From the NCBI GenBank assembly GCA_041659405.1, contig JBAZYK010000006.1:30001-62000 (forward strand): DNA of 32,000 nt. The letters are read 5' to 3'. Position 1 is the first letter of the stretch. Every line of letters starts with the position of its first letter. Shown in pieces: positions 8,549 to 17,739 of this stretch. The notes beneath the pieces were generated by a model. That model searched no databases. It was not told the origin of the DNA and worked only from the letters and a program-made list of their open reading frames with translations. Source of the DNA: Candidatus Altimarinota bacterium. GTDB taxonomy: Bacteria; Patescibacteriota; Gracilibacteria; UBA1369. Both the position numbers and the translations under genes were made by a program.

Positions 8549-10647
8549 AATATTTTATAGATCTCAAACAAAGATTTATCGGACCTCCAAAACAAATCAT
8601 CGGTTGGAAATTTTCCCCTAAATTCCTTCTCTAATCCAACTTTCCGCCACATATCGACAGCATTTTTTTCATCCCTCCTTAAAACTTCATAGAGTGTCAG
8701 CATGGTCCCCGGGAGAACATAATCTAAATTTCTTGCTGTATTAATTGGCTTCATAACGGTATCAAGAACTTGTGATAGCCTATCTCTTGACCATCTAATT
8801 TCAAACGCTAAGGAATCGGCTTTCCTAAAGCTGGTCAGAGCATCTTTTTGGCTAATACGAGGTTTGCCTATCTGCCCCAACCCATCAAGCAATTGATACG
8901 CTTCTTTTTGTTGATCAGACAATGCGCTTTCCTGCGATTCAAATAAGATTCTGGTTTCTGGATAAGCCGCAATAACATCTCGCAGGGTTTTTGGATTTTC
9001 TCCTTCAAAATGCATACCGATTGTTTTTTCCAGATGTTTTCTAACCGTCGGATGCCTTAATATAGTAAGAGCAACTTCTAAACGATTAGACTCTTCACTC
9101 AGAAATTCCTCCAGAGTTTTAAAAATTCCTCTTTTCTCTCTTTCTGCCGATATTTGTGGCAACTGTTCTAACGAGTTTGCGACTAACTGATCAAGCCCTT
9201 CTTTTTGGGCCTGATCGTTATTGACAATAATCCATCTATTGATTGCATAACGGGAGTAAAATTCCGGTAATTTTATATGCTGAAAAACTTTTGCATTATC
9301 AGCAATAAACTGTTCAAGCTCTTGCGGCGACACACCCGCAAGAATTTCTGCATATGAGCTCGGTGACAGTTTGCTTCCCTGGTCAGCATCCGATAATTCT
9401 AAATATCTTTCATCAACCAATTCCCTTAATTTCACAGGATCATTTCGCCTTGCTCTAGCCATTTTTTGAATTACCTCCGGCGCGCCAGTAAAGGTCTTTC
9501 CCAACCGCTGGCGAGTTTCCAAATCGCAATCAATAATGTTTAACCAACCGAGCAGACTCTCTTTCTTCTCGTCGAAAACACTTAATGCTTCCTTGCTTAT
9601 TGGTAAATTATTGATCGTTTGTTCCAATCTTTGTAGGTTATGAACAATAAGTGATCTGTGAAGAGATACTTCTACGGTGCTATATCTTGACCAATAATCG
9701 GAATAATTTTTCATCACATTACCAAGCACTTGTTCGATAACCCCAAAACGAAAAGCATCACCTCTTTCAGAGTGGATGTGATCACCAAAAGAAATGTGGG
9801 GGTATTTTTCAAAAAGTGATTGGAAAAATTTTGAACTGTTTATTTCCACATCCTCTATGTAAGCCACTGAACCGATTGCCACACCTTCCGGCTTCATTTG
9901 AATATGCCAACCTTTTTTCTCTTCGATAACAGAATCAACTGACTTACGAAGACCAACTTCAGGTTCATATTCCCTAATTTCAAAACCATTGGGCAATTTT
10001 GATGTATCTGTCCCTTTTGGTACAAGCAAGATCATACCTTCTTGCAATTGAAGATCACCTAAAACAAAAGTGTCATGAGGAAAAACATTTATCAATTGTT
10101 TCTCAAGATTTTTCAGTGGCGATACAACAGCATAGGGCTGTTCATCCCAACTACAATCGTCATGTTCCTGTACTAATTCGCCCAAGGAAAAATGAATTGT
10201 CGGACGAAACGATGGTGGCTCACCACCTTCCCATTTTTTTTCTGAGGTAATATCATTCGCTGCAGCTTTAAGAGTTCCATTCTTCGGTAGTATCGAAGTT
10301 GCATGTACTGCAAAAATTTTTGACTCTAAAACTTCCAAAGAAGGCGGATTTTCCTGAGAATATTCAAATTTTGGCTGTTTCTGTTCAACACATATTTCCG
10401 GTTCAGAGTCAGGAGTAAATTTTATTAAATAACTGGTGCTTGAGCCACTTAATAATATAACACGTACATTAATCAGGTCTTTCGTTGTATTACTTTGTAA
10501 AGTTACTGTACCCTTGTGGTCCATGAGTAACGGCATTTCATTGAGAAGTCTTTGATCATCAAATCCGGTTGCTTCAGACAACTGCGCAACTACATCCATT
10601 GCAGATAATTTAGTATTGAGTGTAAGATGTTCAATTTTCTCTTTCAT
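8530..10647 (-). CDS. hypothetical protein (705 aa orphan)
   Basis: Long uninterrupted ORF with an ATG start. A plausible minus-strand promoter is TCGAAA-17-TATAAT, with the -10 at 10685-10680. No signal peptide, TM segment, P-loop or other motif recognised. The central region is rich in His/Asp/Glu (FAVHATS, TIHFSLGE, PHDTFVLGD, HIHSERGD). The C-terminal half looks helical. Confidence 0.75.
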   Translation of the reverse strand: MKEKIEHLTLNTKLSAMDVVAQLSEATGFDDQRLLNEMPLLMDHKGTVTLQSNTTKDLINVRVILLSGSSTSYLIKFTPDSEPEICVEQKQPKFEYSQENPPSLEVLESKIFAVHATSILPKNGTLKAAANDITSEKKWEGGEPPSFRPTIHFSLGELVQEHDDCSWDEQPYAVVSPLKNLEKQLINVFPHDTFVLGDLQLQEGMILLVPKGTDTSKLPNGFEIREYEPEVGLRKSVDSVIEEKKGWHIQMKPEGVAIGSVAYIEDVEINSSKFFQSLFEKYPHISFGDHIHSERGDAFRFGVIEQVLGNVMKNYSDYWSRYSTVEVSLHRSLIVHNLQRLEQTINNLPISKEALSVFDEKKESLLGWLNIIDCDLETRQRLGKTFTGAPEVIQKMARARRNDPVKLRELVDERYLELSDADQGSKLSPSSYAEILAGVSPQELEQFIADNAKVFQHIKLPEFYSRYAINRWIIVNNDQAQKEGLDQLVANSLEQLPQISAEREKRGIFKTLEEFLSEESNRLEVALTILRHPTVRKHLEKTIGMHFEGENPKTLRDVIAAYPETRILFESQESALSDQQKEAYQLLDGLGQIGKPRISQKDALTSFRKADSLAFEIRWSRDRLSQVLDTVMKPINTARNLDYVLPGTMLTLYEVLRRDEKNAVDMWRKVGLEKEFRGKFPTDDLFWRSDKSLFEIYKILKSAKI

Positions 10648-10811
10648 TTCTAAAGTTTTCGAAAAGATTAAATCTCTCTATTATACACTAAAAAGTATCC
10701 ATTTTCGATACAATGTTAGGGGATATCCCGCAAACAGATGTCCAGGGGGATTCATTATGTGAAGCCGTAAAAACTCCACCAACAAAAAATGCAAACTATA
10801 AACTTGCACTA

Positions 10812-10920
10812 TTTACACATTTTAAATTATTGTCCGATTAAGAACCGGGAAGAGTACACCGGCTGCAGTAAGCCACAATTGCCACACCATCATCTTTATG
10901 CCTAAATTTTGGCATATTTC
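10812..10920 (-). repeat. Rep-1 family copy B (109 bp), upstream of the 705-aa ORF
   Basis: See copy A. It is in the same orientation as A, so the two form direct repeats bracketing 8530..10647. Confidence 0.75.
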
Positions 10921-10964
10921 TTTACAAGCACTTTTTTACAAAGTACCTGTTCATTATTTTCCAA

Positions 10965-11106
10965 AGTTTTCGGAGAAGCTGGCTTTTTGGCGACATTGCG
11001 AGCGCAGCCGGTCGAGCATCATGATGCGAGACCTTCGTGAGGGCGTACATGCTAGCCCGAACGAATTGGCGAAGCGTTCGCCAAAAAGCCAGCTTCTCCG
11101 AAAACT
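10965..11106. mobile_element. 142-bp foldback element with 29-bp perfect terminal inverted repeats (MITE-like)
   Basis: agttttcggagaagctggctttttggcga (10965-10993) is the exact reverse complement of tcgccaaaaagccagcttctccgaaaact (11078-11106). The 84-nt interior is G+C-rich and contains the 12-nt palindrome gcatcatgatgc. No clear target-site duplication (ccaa / caac). Confidence 0.55.
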
Positions 11107-11119
11107 CAACGCTAAAGCA

Positions 11120-12418
11120 ATGGACAAGCATGAACAAAAATTCAGAAATAATTCTCCAATTTTCGCCATACTTGTGCGCACGCACAGATTCTTTTATGAT
11201 GATCAGGCTTTAAATCGTCTTCACTTATTATTCTCAGTGGAAAATTTTTGGTCAAAACTCGCCAAACCAATCATCGGCCTGGCGCCAATGGACGGCGTCA
11301 CGGACGCGCCTTTTAGATATATCACAGCCAAATATGGCCATCCGGATGTGATGATTACCGAATTCACTTCGGTTGAAGGAATCGCCGCCGGCGGAATTCC
11401 ACCTTTGCGCGCTTTTATTTACGACAAAATCGAACGTCCGATTGTTGCACAGCTTTTTGGAATCGATGAAAAAGCTTACTATAAAGCCGCCGTCATGTTG
11501 TGTGAACTCGGCTTTGACGGCATCGATATAAACATGGGCTGCCCTGCCAAAAACATTGCCTCTAAAGGTTCCGGAGCCAGCCTGATTTTAAATCCAAAAC
11601 TCGCCCAAAAAATTATCAAACAAACCAAAAAAGGGGCAGCCGATTGGGCCAATGGATTAAATTTAGAAGATGTTGGATTACCTGAAAACACCGTAAAACA
11701 CATTCGTGAAATGCAAAAACAAAACCTGTGCGGAAAATCCGGAACCGTTGGCCACAAAGCCGCCGCCTCCGCCCATGCCAAAAAGTCCCCCACCACAATC
11801 CGCAAACTTCTGCCTATATCCGTAAAAACCCGCATCGGCTACGACAAAATCGTCATTGAAGATTGGATCAAATATTTGCTGGAAGAAAAACCCGCCAACA
11901 TCAGCCTTCATGGCCGAACTTTAAAACAAATGTACACAGGTCTTGCCAATTGGGACGCCATCGCAATTGCCGCAAAAATTGTGCACGAACACAACCAGGC
12001 ACATGCCAAATCGCGCGAATTTGTTAAAACCACAATTCTGGGAAACGGTGATGTTAAAAGTGTTGAAGAAGCCCATCAAAAAGCGAAACAATACGGAGTT
12101 GATGGAGTTTTAATTGGCCGAGCCGCCTTTGGCAATCCCTGGATTTTCCGCGCGCCTGCAAAACCTAAAAACAGCCCTTCCATTGAATCCCCCGCACCTT
12201 ACACGCCCACCATCAAAGAAAAACTAAAAGTCGCCATCGAACACGCCCACATCCACGAAAAAATCTTTGGAGAAAAACTTTTTCCGGTAATGCGCAAACA
12301 CCTTTCCTGGTATTGCCGTGGATTCACCGGCGCGAGCGAAGTACGTCAACGCCTTATGCAAGCCAACAACAGCCAAGAAGTGGAAGAGATTTTGACCGGC
12401 ATCCCAGAAAAATCTTAA
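11120..12418 (+). CDS. dus: tRNA-dihydrouridine synthase (Dus family)
   Basis: Contains GLAPMDGVTDAPFRYI, the catalytic-Cys motif NMGCPAKNI and SLHGRTLKQMY. The start is ambiguous. The ORF track starts at 10898, but that stretch is repeat and foldback sequence. In-frame candidates are ATG 11120 and GTG 11237; the latter lies 14 codons before LAPMDG, which is the usual spacing. There is an unusual insertion of about 60 aa (ADWANGLNLEDVG...AHAKKSPTTIRK). Confidence 0.85.
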   Translation: MDKHEQKFRNNSPIFAILVRTHRFFYDDQALNRLHLLFSVENFWSKLAKPIIGLAPMDGVTDAPFRYITAKYGHPDVMITEFTSVEGIAAGGIPPLRAFIYDKIERPIVAQLFGIDEKAYYKAAVMLCELGFDGIDINMGCPAKNIASKGSGASLILNPKLAQKIIKQTKKGAADWANGLNLEDVGLPENTVKHIREMQKQNLCGKSGTVGHKAAASAHAKKSPTTIRKLLPISVKTRIGYDKIVIEDWIKYLLEEKPANISLHGRTLKQMYTGLANWDAIAIAAKIVHEHNQAHAKSREFVKTTILGNGDVKSVEEAHQKAKQYGVDGVLIGRAAFGNPWIFRAPAKPKNSPSIESPAPYTPTIKEKLKVAIEHAHIHEKIFGEKLFPVMRKHLSWYCRGFTGASEVRQRLMQANNSQEVEEILTGIPEKS

Positions 12419-12436
12419 AGTTGTTGCGGCCCGGAC

Positions 12437-15400
12437 CTATTTGACCACAATCGGATTGTGGTTGTATTCACGGAAAAACTGCAGATAGAAATCCTCAAGG
12501 TCAACCCCGTTTAATTTATGACCGGATTTCAAAGTGCGTTCCAAATCCGCCATGATGACATCAAGATCCTGGGCGCGTTTTTCATCAAAAAATCGGAGAT
12601 GGCTTAAGGCTTTACGACATTCGGCCAAGCTCGCCATAATTTCCGGTTTCTTTTCAGGTGGAAGCTCAGGGTATGCATAATAGGTCATCAATATTTCAAA
12701 GTTTTCTTTAAACATGACATCGGCTTTGCGCATATCGTATTCCCTTAGAAACATCTGTTCGGGCGTGTTAGGGTCACGGCGAAGATCACAGACCTGCTTG
12801 AAATCACTCATCAGATGCATGAGTTTAAAGAATTTAAAGTAGATTGGAGTGAAAAGTCCGGTAACGCAGTGCTCAGCCATCGGATTAGCCTTGGCAAAAT
12901 CATCAAAATGGCCACGTACTTGTTCACTTACTTTATGCTCAGAGACCCGTTTGTTTGGATCAAAATAGGAGTGCTCAACTTTTTCCTGCTTTCGAATTTG
13001 ATCAAGAACATTCAATACATGCATAAAACATTCACTGTATATTTCCTGAAGTTTCTCCAACTCCTGCGGCTTAAGGTTGTTCGCAAGGATGCGGTCTTCA
13101 ACTTTTTTTAAATCATCAACATCTTCCATCCACGCGCCAATAATTCCACTGTTCGGAAGTTTGCCGCCGCTAATCTCACCTCTTGTTTTTTCAACAAACT
13201 CATCAATCTGTTTGCGCAGAACATAGAGTTCAATAGTATTAGGGCCAAGCTCTTCACAGTACTGTTCCTTAAAATCCTTGGAGCAGTTTGCCAACCGGAT
13301 CATTTTTTCAAAACTCGCGCCACGTAAAACCGCATGGTATTTTTGCTCTTCAAGATTCTGTTCCTGTGCCACCTGGAAGGCCGCCATATGAGCGGCAACA
13401 CCACCAAGAGCGGCCTGGAGCATTGGCAGACCGGTCGCCGCGCGCTTTTCTTCACCATATTCAAAGATTTCGGTCACCAGTTCGATAGCCGGTGTAATTT
13501 TGGTACCAATCTCAATGACATCACGTCGTAAACAGGCAGCCTGTTCTTCATAGGCTTCGGACTGAGGCAAGACATCATGTCTTGTAACATCCGGTTTAAA
13601 AATTTTGGTCATTTCATATAGCACACTACTCAAAGCATCATATAGATCATGAATAAAATCATGGATTTCGCAGGAGAGGGTTTCCAGGGGAGCATCTGCA
13701 TTTTCCGGGTCATCTTCTTCATTGGTTATAACCTCTTTAATGTGAGTTGCCCTCAAGTCTGCTCTGGCGCCGTTTAAGGCAATTGCCAGTATCATAGCCA
13801 AACCATTAAGGCTATCGGAAATCGACATTTCCTTTTGCGATTCCGGTGGTTTCGGTTTAGCTGTTTCAACAGCATCATCATGGACAGCTGAAACAATACC
13901 ATTGACATCATCAACGCGAAAAGTCTCACTCGTACCACTCGTTTTATAATTCATGCCTAAACCCGCCAGACTTTTTTTGGATTCCGGTTCATCCAAAAAA
14001 TCAGCAAACATACCGTCTTCTATACTCATGGAGTCTGTTTCGCCATTGTCCGGGTCCGACTTCCTGAATCTTTCCGATAGGTAGTTGAGTTCAACAAAAA
14101 GCTTCTCAACATCCCCAAGAATCAACGGCCCCAGAAGGATCATTTTTTTAGGATAAACAATGTGTTTTCCTGCACCATTTTTTTCAACCCCGTGCATATC
14201 CCACATATGATCGAGATAAGAAAGAATCGTGCTGACCTGAAAAATAACTTCCCCCAATTTTTCTTTGAGCTTTTTATCCTCAATAGTCTCAACAGTCTCA
14301 CCCACAAGCCTAAAAGCACTTTGGCGGGCGCGCAGGACTTTGCGATGGCGTCTCACAATGAGCGGAGCTACCATAATGAGATTAAATGCATCAGTAAAAG
14401 TTTGAATAATGTTGCGTCTTTTTTCCCGTTCTTTTTCCAGACGCACATCATGTTCTTCTTTAGTTTCACTCTTAGCTGCTCCTTTTTGCCCGGCTTTAGT
14501 TTTTCCACTTAATAAGTCAGTAAAATCTTTAAAAAGATCACGTTTTTTTCGCATTTCTTTTTCCAGGAAATCTCCCCGTTCTTTTTCCAGGCGAGCATCA
14601 TGTTCTTCTTCAGTTTCATCCTTAGATTCTTCTTTTTGCCCGGGAGAATCATCTTCAAGCATTTTTGCCATTTTTGAACCGCCAACCCACCGGAAAGTAC
14701 CTTCCCAGTTACGAACGAATTGCAATAAACGTTGAATTTCCTGGATGCCGTAACTCTGTCCACTCATTCCCGGATTCGAAACATAAAGACGGCGAACATG
14801 CTCAACCTTGCCCAATTCAACCACTATTGCCTGAAGATCATCAGGAAGAAGTATTTTTGAATTTTCACCGTGAGCTCTGGCGTTTTTTATTTTTTTAAGA
14901 GCTTTTCCGGCTTTTTCGACAGCTTTAAGGATTTGTTCCTTTTCCAGGTCACTGGCATGTAAATCTATCATGAAACGCTCCTGGGCCCTGGTTTTTTTCA
15001 AAGGCTCATCACCCCTTTCGCTGGCAAGCTTAACCATTGCTGCAAGATTTTTCGGCATTTCATTCTCAATGATGTGTAAAAAATCCCCATCAGCATCAAA
15101 CTGAATGACAGTAGTGCAATCGGGGCCTTCCTCAACCGTGTAAACCGCCCTGGCCAGACGTTCCAAAAGAACCAGGTTGCGATAACATTTCTTAAAACTG
15201 GTTACAATACCATTCTCTTTTCGATCCAGCTCTTTATCCTTTGGTCCCAAAAAAGATTCGGCCTCGCGAACAACATCTCCAATCAATTCCGCAACTTCAG
15301 TAAATGAAAATTTTTCAGCGGTTCTTTCATCGGCGGAAAGAGCAATAATTTCGCGATTTTGCGTTACAGCATGAAGCAATTGGAAAAGGAATCCGAGTCG

Positions 15401-15580
15401 ATCGTAACTTTCTCTTTCGGCCTGTGTCAGGCTTTCCATCCAGGTAGTGTAGGCCATTTTTTCAAAATCCTTGGTTCTATGACGTAAAACATCTTCAAGG
15501 GTAACTTGCGTAACAGGTCCAATATCCACTTTTGTGGCTACGTCCGGATCTTCACCTATACGTAGATCATCTACATCCAT
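12437..15580 (-). CDS. hypothetical protein (1047 aa, acidic, predicted helical, with an internal 50-aa duplication)
   Basis: Long ORF with an ATG start (MDVDDLRIGEDPDV...). No signal peptide, convincing TM segment or P-loop. Rich in E/K/D. Repeated segment is EEEHDARLEKERG... / KEEHDVRLEKERE... Confidence 0.75.
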   Translation of the reverse strand: MDVDDLRIGEDPDVATKVDIGPVTQVTLEDVLRHRTKDFEKMAYTTWMESLTQAERESYDRLGFLFQLLHAVTQNREIIALSADERTAEKFSFTEVAELIGDVVREAESFLGPKDKELDRKENGIVTSFKKCYRNLVLLERLARAVYTVEEGPDCTTVIQFDADGDFLHIIENEMPKNLAAMVKLASERGDEPLKKTRAQERFMIDLHASDLEKEQILKAVEKAGKALKKIKNARAHGENSKILLPDDLQAIVVELGKVEHVRRLYVSNPGMSGQSYGIQEIQRLLQFVRNWEGTFRWVGGSKMAKMLEDDSPGQKEESKDETEEEHDARLEKERGDFLEKEMRKKRDLFKDFTDLLSGKTKAGQKGAAKSETKEEHDVRLEKEREKRRNIIQTFTDAFNLIMVAPLIVRRHRKVLRARQSAFRLVGETVETIEDKKLKEKLGEVIFQVSTILSYLDHMWDMHGVEKNGAGKHIVYPKKMILLGPLILGDVEKLFVELNYLSERFRKSDPDNGETDSMSIEDGMFADFLDEPESKKSLAGLGMNYKTSGTSETFRVDDVNGIVSAVHDDAVETAKPKPPESQKEMSISDSLNGLAMILAIALNGARADLRATHIKEVITNEEDDPENADAPLETLSCEIHDFIHDLYDALSSVLYEMTKIFKPDVTRHDVLPQSEAYEEQAACLRRDVIEIGTKITPAIELVTEIFEYGEEKRAATGLPMLQAALGGVAAHMAAFQVAQEQNLEEQKYHAVLRGASFEKMIRLANCSKDFKEQYCEELGPNTIELYVLRKQIDEFVEKTRGEISGGKLPNSGIIGAWMEDVDDLKKVEDRILANNLKPQELEKLQEIYSECFMHVLNVLDQIRKQEKVEHSYFDPNKRVSEHKVSEQVRGHFDDFAKANPMAEHCVTGLFTPIYFKFFKLMHLMSDFKQVCDLRRDPNTPEQMFLREYDMRKADVMFKENFEILMTYYAYPELPPEKKPEIMASLAECRKALSHLRFFDEKRAQDLDVIMADLERTLKSGHKLNGVDLEDFYLQFFREYNHNPIVVK
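14425..14643 (-). repeat. intragenic in-frame duplication (two 69-nt units exactly 150 nt apart)
   Basis: 14425-14493 versus 14575-14643 gives about 9 mismatches in 69 nt by hand alignment (cccgttctttttccag...catcatgttcttctt...ctttttgcccgg). Confidence 0.75.
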
Positions 15581-15654
15581 GTTTTTTATCTAATTATAAT
15601 AATGAGAGAACCAACTTAACACCATTTGACATCATTGTCAACAAATTGATTCAT

Positions 15655-15683
15655 TTGACCTTCGGCTTTTCTTTCAGTATAAT
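15655..15683 (+). promoter_or_regulatory. sigma70-like promoter for typA (TTGACC-17 nt-TATAAT)
   Basis: ttgacc at 15655-15660, a 17-nt spacer and tataat at 15678-15683, about 127 nt upstream of the typA ATG. Confidence 0.5.
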
Positions 15684-15690
15684 CTCTTTC

Positions 15691-15722
15691 GCGCTCAGGT
15701 AGCGTTTAAAAGAGCGCTTTTT
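15691..15722 (+). promoter_or_regulatory. leader stem-loop followed by a U-run (terminator-like, possible attenuator) at the predicted 5' end of the typA transcript
   Basis: gcgctc (15691-15696) pairs with gagcgc (15712-15717) across a 15-nt loop, followed by ttttt (15718-15722). Confidence 0.3.
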
Positions 15723-15809
15723 CCAGGACCTCAAAAGTCTAATATCAAAGCGCCAAACTCGCTACATAAACTACAATTTTTATTTTTTTTGCCGCCCTTC
15801 GGCCAGCTC

Positions 15810-17615
15810 ATGTCCAAAATCATCAACATCGCCATTATTGCCCACGTAGATCACGGCAAAACAACACTCACCGACTTTTTATTAAGACAAGGTGGAGCTT
15901 TCAACAATCACGAAAAAGTAAGTGATTTGATGATGGATTCCAATGATCTTGAAAAGGAACGCGGTATTACCATTCTCGCAAAAAATTCTTCCATTCATTA
16001 TAAAGATTATAAAATTAACATCGTAGATACTCCCGGGCATGCCGATTTCGGCTCCGAAGTTGAACGTGTTCTTAAAATGGTCGACACGGTTTTATTGCTT
16101 GTAGATGCCAAAGAAGGCCCTATGCCTCAAACCAAGTTCGTACTTATGAAGTCACTCGCTCTTGGAATTCGCCCGATTGTTGTTATCAACAAAATTGATC
16201 GTAAAGACCAACGCGCGCACCAGGTAATCGACATGGTTTTTGATCTTTTCGTAACACTTGGAGCCAACGATGAACAGTTGGATTTCCCAATTATTTATTC
16301 CATCGGACGTGAAGGTATCGCCAAATATCAATTGGAAGATGAAGGCAAAGACCTGACTCCTTTGTTTGAAACAATTTTGAAACACGTAAAACCTTATCCG
16401 GATAAAAACGCGGAACCTCTACAAATGCAGGTTACCAACCTTTCTTATGATGATTATATCGGCCGCATTGCCCTTGGCCGTGTTTCCAGAGGAAAAATTA
16501 ACGCCGCTCAGGCTGTGGCAGTTTGCAAACGTGATGGCAGTGTTCAACAAGCCAAAATCAGCAAACTTTTCAACTTTGAAGGAATGAAAAGACTGGAAAT
16601 TCCAACAGGTGAATCCGGTGATATCGTAGCCATTGCCGGAATTCCGGACATTACCATTGGTGAAACCATTACCGATCCTGCAACTCCGGAACCTATGGCA
16701 TTATTGGTGATTGATGAGCCAACTTTGTCCATGAACTTCCTGGTAAACAACTCCCCTTTTGCCGGTAAAGAAGGAAAATTTGTGACCACCCGCCATATTA
16801 AGGATCGCCTTGATCGCGAACTTCAAACCAATGTAGGTCTTGAAGTTGAACCAATCGAAGGAACAGACGGTTATAAAGTTTCCGGTCGTGGTGAACTTCA
16901 TCTTTCAATTTTGATTGAAAACATGCGTCGTGAAGGCTTTGAATTGCAAATTTCCCAGCCTGAAGTAATTTACAAAACTATCAATGGTGAAAAAATGGAA
17001 CCAATTGAACAATTGGTTATCACCGTACCGGATGAATATACCGGCGGCGTTATCGAAAAACTTGGTAAACGCAAAGGTGACATGCAAAATATGCAGTCTG
17101 AAAACAGCCAAACCCGTTTGGATTACTTGATTCCAACTCGTGGTTTACTTGGCTTTAGATCTGAATTTATTATGGACACACGCGGAAAAGGTTTGCTGGA
17201 TCACAGCTTCTGCCGTTATGAAAGATACAAGGGTGAAATCAATCACCGCGCGAATGGTGTACTTATTTCAGGTGAATACGGCTCTTCAGTCGGTTACGCT
17301 CTTTGGAAACTTCAGGAACGTGGCAAAATGTTCATTGGCACAAACGTTGAACTTTATGAAGGCATGATCATTGGTGAAAATGCTAAAAGCGATGATATGA
17401 TCGTAAATCCATGTAAAGAAAAGAAGCTCTCCAACATGCGTACAAGTGGTTCCGATGAAGCAATCCGCCTTGTCCCACATTTGGACATGACTTTGGAACA
17501 GGCCATGGAATATATTGAACGCGATGAATTGGTTGAAATCACCCCAAAAAGCATCCGCATTAGAAAGAAGTTCCTCACTGAAAATGACCGAAAGAGAAAT
17601 AAAATTGGTGGGTAA
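15810..17615 (+). CDS. typA: translational GTPase TypA/BipA
   Basis: G1 is [11 protein letters not shown]3 is DTPGHADFG and G4 is NKIDR. Architecture is BipA-like across the full length. The ORF track starts at TTG 15789; the ATG at 15810 ([18 protein letters not shown]) is the likely true start. Confidence 0.93.
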   Translation: MSKIINIAIIAHVDHGKTTLTDFLLRQGGAFNNHEKVSDLMMDSNDLEKERGITILAKNSSIHYKDYKINIVDTPGHADFGSEVERVLKMVDTVLLLVDAKEGPMPQTKFVLMKSLALGIRPIVVINKIDRKDQRAHQVIDMVFDLFVTLGANDEQLDFPIIYSIGREGIAKYQLEDEGKDLTPLFETILKHVKPYPDKNAEPLQMQVTNLSYDDYIGRIALGRVSRGKINAAQAVAVCKRDGSVQQAKISKLFNFEGMKRLEIPTGESGDIVAIAGIPDITIGETITDPATPEPMALLVIDEPTLSMNFLVNNSPFAGKEGKFVTTRHIKDRLDRELQTNVGLEVEPIEGTDGYKVSGRGELHLSILIENMRREGFELQISQPEVIYKTINGEKMEPIEQLVITVPDEYTGGVIEKLGKRKGDMQNMQSENSQTRLDYLIPTRGLLGFRSEFIMDTRGKGLLDHSFCRYERYKGEINHRANGVLISGEYGSSVGYALWKLQERGKMFIGTNVELYEGMIIGENAKSDDMIVNPCKEKKLSNMRTSGSDEAIRLVPHLDMTLEQAMEYIERDELVEITPKSIRIRKKFLTENDRKRNKIGG

Positions 17616-17650
17616 AAAGTTTATTGCAAAAGTTTTTCTTCAGAAATTTA

Positions 17651-17683
17651 AAGAGAGCTTCAGAAATGAGGCTCTCTTTTTTA
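17651..17683 (+). terminator. rho-independent terminator after typA
   Basis: agagagc (17652-17658) pairs with gctctct (17671-17677) and is followed by a T-run. Confidence 0.6.
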
Positions 17684-17688
17684 GCATT

Positions 17689-17706
17689 CCACCAATAGGG
17701 TTGGTA
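17689..17706 (+). repeat. 18-nt ccaccaatagggttggta, copy 1 (Rep-3 module)
   Basis: Identical to 19451-19468 and 17/18 identical to 19604-19621, which lies inside the tRNA-like element. Confidence 0.7.
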
Positions 17707-17739
17707 AATTTATTTTACTCTCTACATAAACAATCTACA

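Noticed and set aside
8440-10920. Interpreting the 109-bp repeats as integron attC sites bounding a gene cassette.
   Set aside because: The unit shows no internal imperfect palindrome and no GTTRRRY / RYYYAAC core sites. No integron integrase is present in the window.
10922-11185. Minus-strand ORFs (87 aa and 75 aa), and the 5' extension of the dus ORF from 10898.
   Set aside because: Their apparent coding potential mirrors the 29-bp inverted repeats; the same FSEKLAFWR peptide appears on both strands. They overlap repeat sequence, so they are artefacts of the foldback.
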